The translations under genes and the position numbers were made by a program. The notes under the pieces are model-generated. The model did not search any database. It saw only the letters and a program-made list of their open reading frames with translations, and had not been told where the DNA came from. Below, one piece after another: positions 51,101 through 64,000 of a stretch of DNA of 64,000 bases; the first letter of the stretch is position 1, and each line of letters opens with the position of its first letter. Source of the DNA: Catajapyx aquilonaris (Eukaryota); assembly GCA_000934665.2 (NCBI GenBank), contig JYFJ02002026.1, forward strand, positions 1 to 64,000, read 5' to 3'.

Positions 51101-54100
51101 ACACACACTCTCTCCTGCATGCATAATAACGGTCCAGGCATTATTCACAAACCCAACCCCCCCTCTACGTCCACCTCTCTTATTCAAGTACAGTAGCCGA
51201 AATATACACACACAAGCTGTGGATGGGGGGGCTTACGAGCTGTGTGCGCTGTAACCGCATTGCATTATGAGAAAATGCACTTTGCCCTTGTTTGTTTTCA
51301 TCAACTACTGTTATCAAAGCTTTTCCCACAGTGCACCGTCATGCCCACCAAATTCGTCGGAACCGAGTGACTGAGTGATGAACTGAGTTTTCAGCAACCA
51401 GAGTCAATAACCAGGAAGTTGAACGGAGTAGGACACGTTTTTCGGAGCGGTTTTAGAGGAGCCGGTTAGGCTCGTACCGGTTAAAAAAATTATTGCGAAT
51501 TTGCAGTAAAAAGTGTTGATTGAACCATGGTGTAAAGCTTGGAGCGAAAACGCCAGTTTTGCATATAAGTGACATCAACGAGAATGTCGCCTCGAAATGA
51601 TATCATTTCGAGTGTTGTTGCCAAAAAAAAATTTGCAAAATCGGAATTGTCCAGCCTGGATTTTCGCAACCATCTCCACTAAAATGATGCCATTTTTGGA
51701 AGCGCCCCTTTATTGCGAATTTAAGATTTGCTCTCTTTTGTATACATAATGCGAATGCATATTTGCCCCCCCAAAAATTTCGCAGCCCACTCGGCGTGTT
51801 ACAGTGCACTGTCAACAACCTCCGCATACTACCGGATTTTTGTTTTTTTTTGAAGCTAATGCCAAGCGACGCCATTCATGTGGGCGTCGGAAATTACTAC
51901 CGGCGTTGTAAATGGCGTGCGAATCACGTCGTCACACCTTGTTTATCATGGCCTGTTGTCACTACGACGAGAGGTAATAACCGTTGACGTCCAAGGTCGA
52001 TGGTGTCCCCAATTGTCTAATTTACACCGATTATTGGCAAGTCCGGGACATTGTTGATTTTGGGACCAGTAATTTCCACCTGGTAAACCGGCCAGCTGCT
52101 GAACAAAAAAAAAATCGCGAAAAAATTCTGAACTTGCAATTGCAGCTTTAAAATAAAATGGAGGCAAAACTGCAGCCCCGGATTCATTACAGGAGGAAAC
52201 ACTTCGGGTAGGCTCCCAATTGCTCCTCTTTGCACACTACATTAGCCTGATTGTAATCCTGGGAAATGTACGCCTCTCTTTTTAATTATCCGCCATTGTG
52301 CATCCTGAGATTGACTCTTTTTTTTGGCAAATCCTGGCCATTGTTCCTGTAGAAAATTCATTCCCGTGTCGAATGGAGAGGATGAGTAGGGAAATAGTTG
52401 TCAAGACGATGGGCCTCTTCCCAGCGTATAAACTTGGGGCGTAACGACGGCCTTTTTTTTTTACACCTCATGAAAGAGCGTTATGGGAAGCGGAAGATGA
52501 TATCGTGCCACTTCCTCACAAGAACAAGACCTCAAAGGCTATAAAAACCTGAAAAAAAGCTTTTGCATCCATCGCAATTTTTTTTTTTGCTGCGGAAAGA
52601 CGATTGAACACACAAGATGCAATAGTGCCCAAGAAAAAAAAAACCAGGATCAAAGCGAGTGTGTGTATAGGTATTTGATCAAACTTTTTTTTCTACTTCT
52701 TCTTCATTCCCCGGGTGTGTTTGGAAAGTACAAAAAGCAATCTTGGAGTCGTCGGTCCGGTGTGATAGATTCTGGTTTGGAGGATTCGCTTCGAATTCCG
52801 AATGTGCTCAAAAAAATTTTTTTGGTGTCTGTGCGCGCCAAACCGCTCAATTGTGCAGCCGAAGATTGCGACAGATGTCAGGGTACTTTAGAAATCTTTC
52901 TGCGATGTTGAGGGACGTGGCGAAGAACAAAAAAAAAAGACGCATTAGTTGTCGCGATATATCCGGACCAGATTTCTCTTTCTTTTCTTGTTCCTCTATA
53001 ATGGTTTTTTTTGTTCTCCTTTTCTTGCCAATCTTTTTTAGCGTGTCGGTTTCGGTGTCGCGAACAGACATGTGCCTATATCCTTTTTGTCTGCGACATT
53101 ATCAGGTAGGATTTCGGACCAGAAATAGGTTCGGTAAAAATAATCAAAGATGGCAGAGTCGATGCGTCACACGGTTGTAAGGTGAAGCGCGTGGATACCA
53201 AGTGTTGCCAAATGCAATAAAAAGACATGGAATTCGCGAAAAAAACTGCAAACATACAGGGTGTGCTACAAACTGGACCAAACGCCGAGTGAACAGCATC
53301 GTTTGTGGATCTGATACAGCCTACGACCCTTCCATCCCCTAGGCCTACTTTTGCGCCTGTCAATTGGCACCTGCGGGCTCTTAGAAGAGTTAGAAAGTGA
53401 AGCACAGTGTTAGTGATTTACTGGAGTCTTAGAAACCGTTAGGAAATGGCCCGAAGCCCTGAAAGATTCCAGTCAAAAGATTTCTGTCGGAAATTGGTTT
53501 TGAGGGCGGAGGAGAGAAAAAAATGGCGGCCACTATATAGAGAGGTACAGGGTGTTGCCAGTTGCATGGAAGGTTCTTCTGAGTTGCCACTTGTGGACAT
53601 CTTCGGGTACAAATTGCTGTGGGGTACAAGTGCCGAGATCCTGACTTGGGTATTGATCCGCATGTCTGATGGCGAGGGAGGAGGAGGGGTGGGCCACGTT
53701 GCCAATTTTGGAGCCCCCCCAAGTCTGTTCGGGGTGGCATCGGTTCCACCTATCCTTTTGTTAACCGGACACTGCAAGAGAGCTGTGTCCATGGTTAAAA
53801 TTGTACGTTTCAGCAACTACCAAACTCCCATTAGTGCCAAAAACGGTCGAATCGAACCGCAATTTTCGCAGCCACATGTCGCTGACCGGATCAACTAAAT
53901 CGCCATAACTGGACCTTCCACACAATATGGCCGATTGTTTATCAATTTTTAGTCCTCTCTTATTGCAAAATTGTCAATGGAGTGCACCAGAATTGGGATG
54001 CCATTTTCCTTACTTTTCCTCTCAGGCTGAATAAGCGAAGCGGGTAAGGTTACTCGAATTGAAGCCCATTTTTTTGTTATCTATTGGAAGATGGATTGGT

Positions 54101-54274
54101 AGCTCGTTTGCCTTATCGGATCCTGCGGCTCGACTGAGAAATGCACACTATTGGCTCTTCTCCGCCTGGTACTATCCGGATGGAAGCAACAACAAGGCCT
54201 TCTTTTCCACCTCTTTTCTGCCTACCCCTTTTTGGTCGATACCTTTCTTCCCCAGCATCCCTCGAAAGAGAGGA

Positions 54275-54307
54275 GAAGAAGAAGAAGAAGAAGAAGAAGA
54301 AGAAGAA
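54275..54307 (+). repeat. (GAA)11 microsatellite
   Basis: Read directly from the sequence. Confidence 0.95.
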
Positions 54308-57300
54308 GAGAGGATAGGAAGCCCTCCCTTAATGCTTCTCTCTTTGTGAGCCAAGCAGAAACGGGCTTTGGGACTGGTGAAAAGAGCCTCAGTACTAAAT
54401 TGGGAAGAAGGGGAAAAAACCCCTAGAAACGCCAGAGACACTCGCTCTAAAGCATCCCTTGCAGATGGGAAGAGATGTTTCTTCAGGAAATTGGAGCCTG
54501 CATTTTTATGATCATTATGAGTGGGAATAGTTGCGAGTGTCAGGATTTTGTTTGAATCGCAATGAAACAACCTTGTGATTCGGATCACGTTTACTTGCGA
54601 CAAGTCTGCTTCTACAGCATAAATCCGGATGATCCAGCAGGTCTCCCGGAATGTCTAGAGTAGTCCCGGGTGTTTCCCACGGGACCTCCAACTTTGCTTT
54701 TCGTCTCCAAGTCTTCAGGGGACGCTGACTTTTTTTCTTCGGAAGACCTGTCGAAAAGAGCTGAAGCAAGGGCTTTATGAAACATTCAGTCTTGTCTTCC
54801 AAGATTGTTTGCCAACACTTTTCTGATTTTTTGGAAACCGGATTTATTCGGACAGGACACTAGGCACCAATCATTGCTGGATTTGGGAGGTATAAAAAAG
54901 CGGATGAAGCAGTATTTCAGTCTGTACTTTAACGTTGTCAGAGAAAGTAAATCTTCTGGAAGGCTTCCCCTCTCCGTCATTTCCACTCCAGAGGTGCAAT
55001 CCTGACATTGCACGAGCCCCCGTCGGACACGACTCCAGGAGAACAAGATATATACAACTGGTAGGGTTGGGAAGTCCTCGTCTTTTCCTCTGGGCGGCTG
55101 CAGCCGGCAGATTAATGAAGAGGACTGGGGGTAGTGAGTGTGTGTGGTTGGGAGACAAGAGGCAGTGGAAGTGCTGGGGAGCTGCTCATTAAGAGTCTGC
55201 AGGATCCGAGCCAAGCTCGTGTAATTACACCATTGTAGATATAGGACGCCTAGAAGGGGTTTTGGGGGTAAGGGGGGGGGGGTCTAAAACCAGGTGCGCT
55301 TCCTATTAGCAAAAGCTACTCTCCAACTTCTGGACCCTTGTCTGCTCTGCATTTGGACATCTGTTCATTACAGTAATGTTTCGACAATTTTCTCAAGTTT
55401 TGTGTAATAATAATTTGCAGATTTGTTTCGGGTCTTCCTGTCTGTGTGTATAAATTTTAGATTGCGTGATAGAGAGAGAAACAAGGGGTTGTTGACTCGC
55501 CCACCGGAGGCCCTGAGGCAAAGGTAAACACCGGAAAAAGGGGTGGGGTGGAAGGCAACATCGGGGACGAGCAGCTCATCAAATTGGCAGGACAACAGAG
55601 TGTATATCTCAGCGCCACGGTTGTAGCAGACAAAGTACTTTCTAATCGAGTTTCACCTCTTAAGGGAGAAGGTGGGGTGGTGGGTGGAAAAAGGGAGGCC
55701 CGGAGAGAGAGAACGTTAGGATGCATTTATTTCTCCCCCCGTTGCTCTCGATTGGAAATCGATTTCTAAATTTGCAGACGTCCAGAAGGCGGTTCGAGAG
55801 GAAGGTAACCCTACAGGGAGTGGTCCTGCACAAGGTGGCTCGCCAAACTTCATGCCCGAACTTGTATGCACCAGAGGATCACTTTTTGTAGAGATGTCAT
55901 TTGGTCCTGGAAGCCTCGTTAACTAAATAATTGGCTATGAAATGTTGAAACCGACCGTGCGCATCCCTACTGCGCAGCAAGTCTTGCAACTACCTTTTTT
56001 TTTTTAAAAAAAGAACAAAAATTGCTGATGGACGCTGCATCCGGACCATCCGGTTGATGAAAAGACTCCTTGGCTCCTTGGAACCGGATTTGACGGCGGG
56101 ATATTCGCCTCGTCACCCTTGTCTCAGCCCCCTGAGGACAGATTGGACCCGGATATGGCCCCGAATTATATTCCGACCCGGTTCGAGCCATAACCCCTAT
56201 AGTGTGTCTGCTGGGAGGAGTTTAGGCCCCATATTTTTGCTGGAGTCGCCCCCCCCCCCCCTTTTTTTTTTCTCTTTCAAAAAAAGCGCATGTCAGACCC
56301 ATCTCCAACACTTGTCTCTTCTAGAGAGGACACAGGCTTAAAAACACTCTCCCTTTTTTGGGGGTGGGGACGCTGGATTTTTGTTGAGCTGGGATGAGTT
56401 TCGATGCAGATGAATCCGGCGACGATGTGGAAACCGGTCCGTGTCGACGCTGATAGACAGTCGTAATCTGTTCCCAGAGATTTAAAATCCACCGATCGAT
56501 TGCGCTTTGTAAAAAAAAGGGATGACTTGACAGGCCTCGATATGAATAGGCTCTAATGCGCTTAGTTTTGCGAATTGGGGGATCGAGAAAGGAAAAAAAG
56601 AAATTTGTGCTCGTATCGCCAAATCCTATCTTTGAAGTGAAAGAAATAAGGCTTCATGCGTACTTGATAGTAATATGAGTAAAATATACCACGATGTAAT
56701 ACTTTGTAGGCCGCATTGCGTCTGTTGTTCTGCAAGAAACTGCTTATATGGTACAGCTGACAGGATATCATTGCTTTTGCCACATGCATTCGAGCATTTT
56801 GCACATTTCTGGCGAATTTCCAAAATGCTGAGCGAGACCAAATTTCTTGCTTCGGTTTTTGGCCCCCTTCGAGGCATACACCCCTAGATTGCAATCCGGT
56901 ACAAAATCAAGTATCTGCAAAGAAAACTTGCGCTTTGAAGACTTTGCAAACTGTTAATAGTTTAGTCCTGGCACAATTCAGAACTTTTCCCGAGGAAAAG
57001 ATTTGTGCAGATTTTGGTCAATTACCCCAACTCATTGGCACAGCAGAAAGTTTGTGCAGTTCTTGGGTGATTGAAATGGTAATTTAGAGGCTCGAGACTC
57101 TTGATGCGGTTTTATATGAAAGGTCTTTGTAGTATTGAAGAAATTGCAAATTGCAAAAACGGTTGATCGTTCTTGTCGTGACTTTTGAAATGAAAACGAT
57201 GGATAAGGGAAAAAACGATAAATGCGGGAATTCAGGTTTCACTTTACATAAAAGATGTGCTTGCTGCAGGAAATTGTTCAGGTTCTCCTTAGATATAATA

Positions 57301-60300
57301 GTTCCTGTGGTCGACCTGAAAAGAATGCCTCTAATAACCCATTGTGTGTACCGACCTTTGTAAAGAGTAACCACCTGGGAGCAGCACTCTAGGGGGGATC
57401 TAGAGCAAATAAACCAACCCTGCAGGAGAAAATTGGGCGGAAATGTTGAAGGAGAGGACTTTATTCAGACAACACGAGCACTCATCCCCATTGAGCAAAG
57501 CCTGGTCGCAGTGGGTGTGTTTACCTGGCTACAATGAAGATGAGTGTCATCCATCGAGTTCCTACTCTTCCCTTTTTTTCCCCCCCCTCTCCTATTGTCG
57601 AGGTCTGCTCCAGATGGATGAGAAAGTGGGTCCCGATGATGTCTGGCGCACACTGCAGCTCAACCTCTCATTGCGATCGAAGCACCGCGGTTTTCGACTC
57701 CCTGAGTGCCTGCTAATGAAAGCTCTAGAAGGGCGAGTCTCAATGCTTTGCATTCAGATCAACCCACCCACGTATACCCCCTCCGACAAGACCGGGATTT
57801 ACAGGGCGGTCCATTGCCGCACCTTTTCCAAGGATACAAAATCCCTAGAGGCGTTGTCCGTATTAATTGTGCTGGCTTGGATGGAAAAGCAATTAATCTG
57901 TAGGTCTTCATTGGCAATGTCACAAAGAGATGTCGGGACCGGTAAAGGGGGGGGGGGGGATCTGGTGTGTGCTGGAAGCTGGATCCGGCCAACCATAATT
58001 CCTGGGGACAAGAGTGTCTTGCCAGCCAGACACAATCGGACCTTTTATCATGGCTTGGAAGGGCCCCGCACTTACGGACAGGCAACTTTTCCTACNCCCC
58101 TTCCATTGTTGCGGAATCGGGAGGGAAATATCGATTCTGATGAAAGAAGGAACGGGACGAGTTTATTAAGTCCTTCATTATTAATGTTTCGATCTCGCGT
58201 TTCGTGGGCTGTGCGATACTCGGTTGTGTAGTTTAGTTGTCGAGTCACTTATTGTTTAGCGAGGCGTCTCTTAATGCCCAGAAGCGGTAATGTTGATTTT
58301 CATCCTTGCTCGAGCAGCATTCCCTTATATAGCCGGTGGGGGCATTTGTGCCTGTTCACTCGTGTGTAGTTGACCTCCTTTGATAAACCAGCCTATATAC
58401 ACGGTTTTCTGAACTGGGCAGATGCTGCAGTGTTGCGATAGTAATTTGCTTGAATGTGCGCACACAGAGATTTTGGAGTTAAAGATAATTATATACTATT
58501 CAGCATGTTGACGTTTCTCAATATATTTGCACGAGAGATAGATTCAATACTTTCCTTCCGTATTTGCGATTGTGATAAGTATTGTGATCACTTCAAATGG
58601 GATTGATTCCTTTGAAACAGACCAGAAAGGTACAAACTGCACCATTCTAAGATTATAAATGCTGTTTGAATTAACAATAACTTACTGATGGTTTTCATGG
58701 AATGTACTTCACCAATAATTAATTATTATAGATTGCACAAATTGCATCGTGATGACTACAAGATATGGTCTGGCAGCAGAGAATGTATAATAATGCAAAT
58801 TTTCCAGTGATTTGTGGCCATATCTGACTGGAAAATTGCGACATCACAATTTTAAACTCGCAATATCGCATGTGGAAGTGTATGACTAGATTTTTTTCCC
58901 CCTCATTCGAGTTTCACTTTTGTACCTGATGCTACTGCCAACCTCCACTAAAAATTATCGCACCCCACGGAGAAATCAACACTGCGAACGGGCCGTTTCT
59001 GCTGTGTCCTTTGATAAAAGTTAATTGCAATATTTTTTTATATATTTGTTAACGCGAGCATAGTGTGCAACTTTCAGAGCCAGAGTATATTGCCTTTGCG
59101 TCCAGTTTAGCTAATGAGACACTGTAATGAGAGTTTAACAATGCCAATTTCCAAAACTGCACCACCCTTTTTGCCATTAACCTAATTTAGCACCAACTAT
59201 TCGCATGTGCCACAATTAGATTTCTGTATCGAATAAGTTGGCAATATGAAAGTGGTCTGTTCTGCAAGTTTTTTTTTTCATGCCAATTACTTACAATATT
59301 CCCAGTCGACAGAATATACGCTTACAAACTGCCTAACTTTGCGGAGAAGACATGACTCTAATTGAAAAAGCTGGGGCTGGAGATCAGGTCATCTTCCAGG
59401 ATCCGGCGCTGGAGCAAAAATGAGATGAAAACAACTCCGGAAAAATAAAGTTGGTCCGGAATCTTCGTGCTACAAGGACCTGAGGGAGAGATAAGACCGC
59501 AGTTTTGACGTGAAAAAAAGTTTATTTGTTATAAAAAAACTGCCCGTAGTTTATTTCAAACTGAAGTTTCTCTTTGGCCACTGCATAAGTATGTAACCAC
59601 ATCATAAAAATAAATATTCAAGCCGTTAGTGGTATGATCTTCTCCAATGGTACTCGAACCATTGTGGTTTCGGAACGGGCGTCATATTTGCTTGAAAATA
59701 AGAAAAGAAGCGAAGGTTTAATAACCGTGGCTTTATTGTGCGAGGTCGAATAGTTGTAGTGTTAAAAAAAGGTGCAGTAGTCTGGATATAGCTGACGGCT
59801 TATTGATTGATGGCCTGCTTTGCTGCATGAGAGCTCTGGCAGGTGTGCTTGATTTTCTTTTGCTGCACTTCCCCCGGCGCGGAAACCAATTACTTTTCTG
59901 GGGTCATGCTGTGGGGTCAGGTCCTAGACTTGGAAGAAGAAGAAAAAAAAACTTCTATTTCCTTTTTCCTACTTCTCTTTTAGATTTCTTTTTGCCCTCC
60001 TATTGTGAAGCGAAAAAGCGAGTCAGTGGCAGGTGTGCAGTGCAAGTTCCTCACTGTCACTCAATGTAAGAGGGTAATGGCACTTCAAAGTGCGCCTGGT
60101 TTCAAGTATACTAAGCGAGAAAAGGGTAACTCTATAGGCCCGCGCTGATATGCGATCCTTTGGCAGCTGATTAGCCTTATTAACGCGCGTCCTGGACTGA
60201 TGGATTAGGAATTTATTCCCAGGGGATAATGAGAGTCATCACAGAAAATGCATGTACAGTGCACCGAGGGGAGGTCATTGATTTTACATTATGTACAGTG

Positions 60301-62478
60301 ATGTATGTGCAGGCAGTGAGATTTAGATAATCCGGACTAAAGACGGAATGGCTCTGAAACGATTAAATTCGGAGCGGGATGAAATTGCTTACTCTAATAT
60401 GTACAGTAATAGAAACTTGTAATGCGATAAATTTTAGCACAATTTTTGTACTTTAAAAAGCGCGGTAGGTGTTATCCCTGCGGTGGGAAAATCTGTTTCA
60501 GAATATCCATTAAAATTATAATCCAACGTGTAATCTTTTCGTCGGCGTTATCATCGCATTAACGTGACATTTACTAGTTTGCACTATAATGTAACGTGTG
60601 TAGTAATAGATTATTTCGGACGCGAGCATTTCGATGTGACCTAAGCGCCCCCGGTTTGGGATGAAAGCTGACAGGTAACATTGTAACAAACAGTTTTTTT
60701 TTTGGGGGGGGGGAGGGGGGCCGTTTAGTGCCTCTCCCCAGATGCACTCATTTTTTTTTTCCTCCCCTCCTCTCTCCAAATTTCCATTTTAGCGTCATAT
60801 GGCAACCTCATTAATACGTTTTGAAAAACAATCCCAGGCGGATTAACGCCACCACCACAGCAAAGCCATCATTCCCTCGCCATAACATCCAAGGTACCAT
60901 GTTATCGATGGACCTGCTTTTTTATTCAAATGCATCGTATGGAGCAATGGATCAAATTATTCCTCTACAGCATTTCAGCTTTTTAAAGAAATTCCTGCCA
61001 GTCGACACACATTTTAAATAGTAAATAGAGGCTATACCCCCAACAATTAGCCACGAATAGTACCAACCAGTCCACGCACACATACACATGCAAAACACGT
61101 GTAATGTGCCACCATATCGGAAACCGCCGCCAATATTTGCCCAATGATCCGGCGCAATTTCATTAAATATTTTGTGTCATTTTTTTTCATACAGCAGGTG
61201 CCTGGTTGCTGGTTGGAAAATCCGGGGATGGGTGTTGGGGGGTGTGTTGGGATGGGCCAAAACCGCAACATTATTATTCCTCCGGAGGGTTTGAAGGTGT
61301 GGGGATGGTGGGTGGGTGGGTGTGATTTGCACTGTTTCCATGCAGGCGTGATCGGGTGAGGGAAAAGGGCCTAACGAATCTGGCACCCCCTTGCATCCCA
61401 ATCCTCCAAACGGGGACCTCTAATCCTCAGCTCGTGCTGCGCTGTCCACGTCCCAAAATTGCAGCCATGCAAATTGTGTGTCCCCTCTATACCTGCTGAC
61501 CCCTTCTCCAATGGTCAGTCCCGGATAATACCCAGTGGACGCCCGCTTATTTGCTTCATGTGCCTTTCTGTAATGTGTTGACACGATACAGCCTCCGTTT
61601 TTTTGGCGGATGCGGAATCGGCCAACAAAGTGATTAGTCGTTTTGCGGTCTAATTCGAAATCCAGGGCGGATTGAGTGTATGGTTAGCCCCCGGAACATA
61701 TTTCTCCAGCTGAGGCCTGTCTGGATGAGGCTTCCCTGTTGGTTAGTTTGGGGAGGGTAGAAAACACCCTGGCACTTTGCCCCATCCCCTCCCCCCAAAA
61801 GCGCGCCTGTTCATTAGTCTGTAACTACACCTTAATTGGAGGTTGCTGGCCGCAAGTAGCGCTTTGCCTTCCCCGAATTATGGCAACCGCAAAAAGCTCT
61901 GTTACATTGCCAATTTGTTTCCATTTTCTGGGCTGCTAAAACGTGGGAGGACCTCACCTCCTTTTAGATTGGTTTCACTTTCATGACCGGAACATGTGGC
62001 GTTACAGATGACTATTAATTCATAGTTCACTGCTAATAACCCGGTTCTTCTGTACAGTTTTTATTTCCCCAGTTCTTTTCTCGTGTCGGAGAGTCTTACG
62101 GTATGAAATAATTGCTGGAGTAAACACCACCATTACTATCGAATCATTGCTTGAGAAACATGGCAACAGCAGAATTATCGGCAGCACATAAGGCCGATGT
62201 GATAACGCCCCGTCAATTCGCCATATCTTGCTGCCAAATTTTGCATGTGCCATCAACATTTCATACTCGACATTATTAATGGCCAGAGCACGAGCAATTT
62301 CGGCTCACTTTGCCATAAGCTTCTCCGATGCCAGTATAAAACCCCCTCCCCGGTCTCTTTCTAATGTGAACTAATCTGTCCCAAAAATATTCCTCCCACA
62401 TTTTTCTATTTTTTTCCCTCTCTATCTCTGTTTTTAACCCCCCTTAATTTTTTGTGTTGTTTTTTATATCCGCCACAG

Positions 62479-62538
62479 ACATAGTGTCATCATCCCCTTG
62501 CTCTCCTCTCTTGTACCACCTGCGGACCTGTCTCAAAG
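62479..62538 (+). CDS. Dys: Probable 60-nt cassette exon of dystrophin: (D)IVSSSPCSPLLYHLRTCLK
   Basis: Extensive upstream T/C tract, ccacag|AC acceptor, AAAG|gtaggc donor; symmetric phase 1-1 and stop-free. Resembles a short insert I recall at the same junction in Drosophila Dys (ending ...CSADLDYMRCCLK). Confidence 0.7.
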
Positions 62539-63904
62539 GTAGGCTTTTTCCCGCCAAATTAATTTATGCCGAACGATCGGGCTGACTGATTGGTGGCTTC
62601 ATTAATTTGCACGTGCACCTTCCGGAGCTTTTACGCACGGTGGAGGGACATACAATACAAAAAAAAGAGGGTTTGGTGTGCGGTGGCTTTTTCTATACTA
62701 TTTGCTCTAGTGTTAAGAAAGGTGTTCATATACAGTTACACAACAATGCTTGGGGTTTAATCTATTGTTTTGTTCTTACAGTTTGAACTGGCTAATATGA
62801 ACTAAACTATACAAGGGTTTGAACACCTTTGCACATATACGTACCTGTTGATGTGTTGTCCGGGGAAAAAGTAGTCGCGTATATGCAGTAGAGGTGTGTT
62901 CAATTAACCTGGCGACTGATCAGAGCACGTTGACAGGTGGAAGCATAATTGATATGGCCGCAATAACGCCCAGGATTAGCGGCGGACAGGCGCCGGCCAT
63001 TCTTTTTCATTAGCACCCAGTGATTGGCGGGGATGAATTTGCGGGGATCTCGATTGGGATGATTTGCGGATCGCAACCATATTCGTACACACTACTCGAT
63101 GTGTTTAAAAAAATTATTATAAATGATGCTGATTGTGTGGTTGCGGAGACGCGTCTCCAGACATTGCATGATTCAACAGCGTGATTTTTATTCAAAAAAA
63201 TAATGAAGAGTAACTCTAATATTGCCTATACTTTTCGCGAAAATGGCCTAATAAATTGCAAACATTTCTGGAGTGATGTTAGGCTCGTTAGTAAAATGGC
63301 ACTGCACCCAAATTGGAGGAGTAGCGTTACACACTCTGCACCAATTACTGTTAAACACTGTAGTGCCCAACAATAGCAGCACCGCCGTTTAATTGAGGCT
63401 TAGAGTTATTCACAGTGCTTTTAATTCGAGCCATCGACCAGCCGGCACACACAGTTTTTTTTTGGGTGTGCAAATGCTCTTGCGGTGTGCGCGTAATGAA
63501 ATACCATACAGGTATATGTAATAGTAAGCGAAGTGAGACGTGACCGTGGCGTTAATGAAAGTGTCGGCCGGCATTTATGAAGTTAACGCTTGCCGCGGAT
63601 ACAGATGACTAAGTAAAAGGTTTTCGTCGGTGGTGCTGGGCAAGTTGATGAACCAATCCTGGTGGCCCTGTCAATTTCAATCAACACCCCCCCCCCCCCC
63701 TCCTGCCACAAACATTCCCCCTCCATTTGCTGGAAGCAATTTTCCCATCGACTGAAATAAAAAAATAAATAAAACGCTTGCTGCACGATGGAGTCATTAA
63801 AAAATGACGGCTTGTTTCAGACCGAATTATCAACAGTACGTGTATATTTGATCAGCTTGGAAGTCGGCTGTGTAAAGATGAATTCAGGGGAATGAAATTG
63901 CCAA

Positions 63905-64000
63905 TCTGCACTATATCTATAATATTAAAATCCTTCGTTGTTTGTGCAAGCCTTCTGATTGGTCCGCGGCATATTGTTACCGCGACGCTTCCGATTGGCC
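63905..64000 (+). repeat. Dispersed repeat, copy 3 (truncated by window end)
   Basis: ttctgattggtccgcggcatattgttaccgcgacgcttccgattggcc is nearly identical to 5339-5393. Confidence 0.8.

Larger units (their letters stand above)
537..62538 (+). other. Dys: Partial dystrophin-like gene span (internal rod-domain exons plus long introns); both ends lie outside the window
   Basis: Seven exons with canonical AG/GT boundaries and matching phases splice into one uninterrupted frame. The peptides DKSILQIRDWL, VVVGDVDEI, NVLRELEQKKPQLDELVHTAE and NRQQLHGK match my recollection of insect dystrophin. Intron lengths are 559, 85, 31558, 608, 9402 and 18678 nt. Confidence 0.9.

Noticed and set aside
11070..58100. 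Ambiguous bases at 11098, 24293, 49786 and 58096
   Set aside because: All abut G or C homopolymers, so they are sequencing or assembly uncertainty rather than biology.
57443..58231. Longest ORF in the track (262 aa)
   Set aside because: No recognisable domain, crosses homopolymer runs and an ambiguous base, and has no convincing splice context.
58883..58908. miR-279-family-like start (tgactagat...ctcatt)
   Set aside because: No complementary arm, and the spacing does not fit a mature miRNA.

Overview
This is eukaryotic (arthropod-like) genomic DNA, not prokaryotic. The whole window lies inside one large + strand gene whose spliced exons encode spectrin-type repeats that I recognise as invertebrate dystrophin (Dys/DMD-like), distal rod region. 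Six phase-compatible GT-AG exons (537-984, 1544-1651, 1737-1860, 33419-33585, 34194-34292, 43695-43800) join into one open reading frame ending ...DKSILQ|IRDWLTLLEQMLKQQVVVVGDVDEIRQVLDKQK|NVLRELEQKKPQLDELVHTAESLKTDTNRQQLHGK. A 60-nt frame-preserving exon follows at 62479-62538, and the gene continues beyond both ends of the window. About 98% of the window is intron, and nearly all supplied ORFs look spurious. The introns hold many small TA-flanked CAGGGTG...CACCCTG (Tc1/mariner-type) MITEs, two long foldback hairpins, a ~1 kb foldback element with an internal 78-79 bp palindromic tandem array, a three-copy dispersed repeat carrying CCAAT and NRF1-like motifs, and microsatellites. The most interesting signals are cryptic splicing features: a candidate alternative exon paralleling a constitutive spectrin-repeat exon, candidate internal first exons, and a recursive-splice-site-like AG|GTAAG. 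I cannot demonstrate a wholly new biological system from sequence alone. Gene identity rests on recalled similarity, not a database search.
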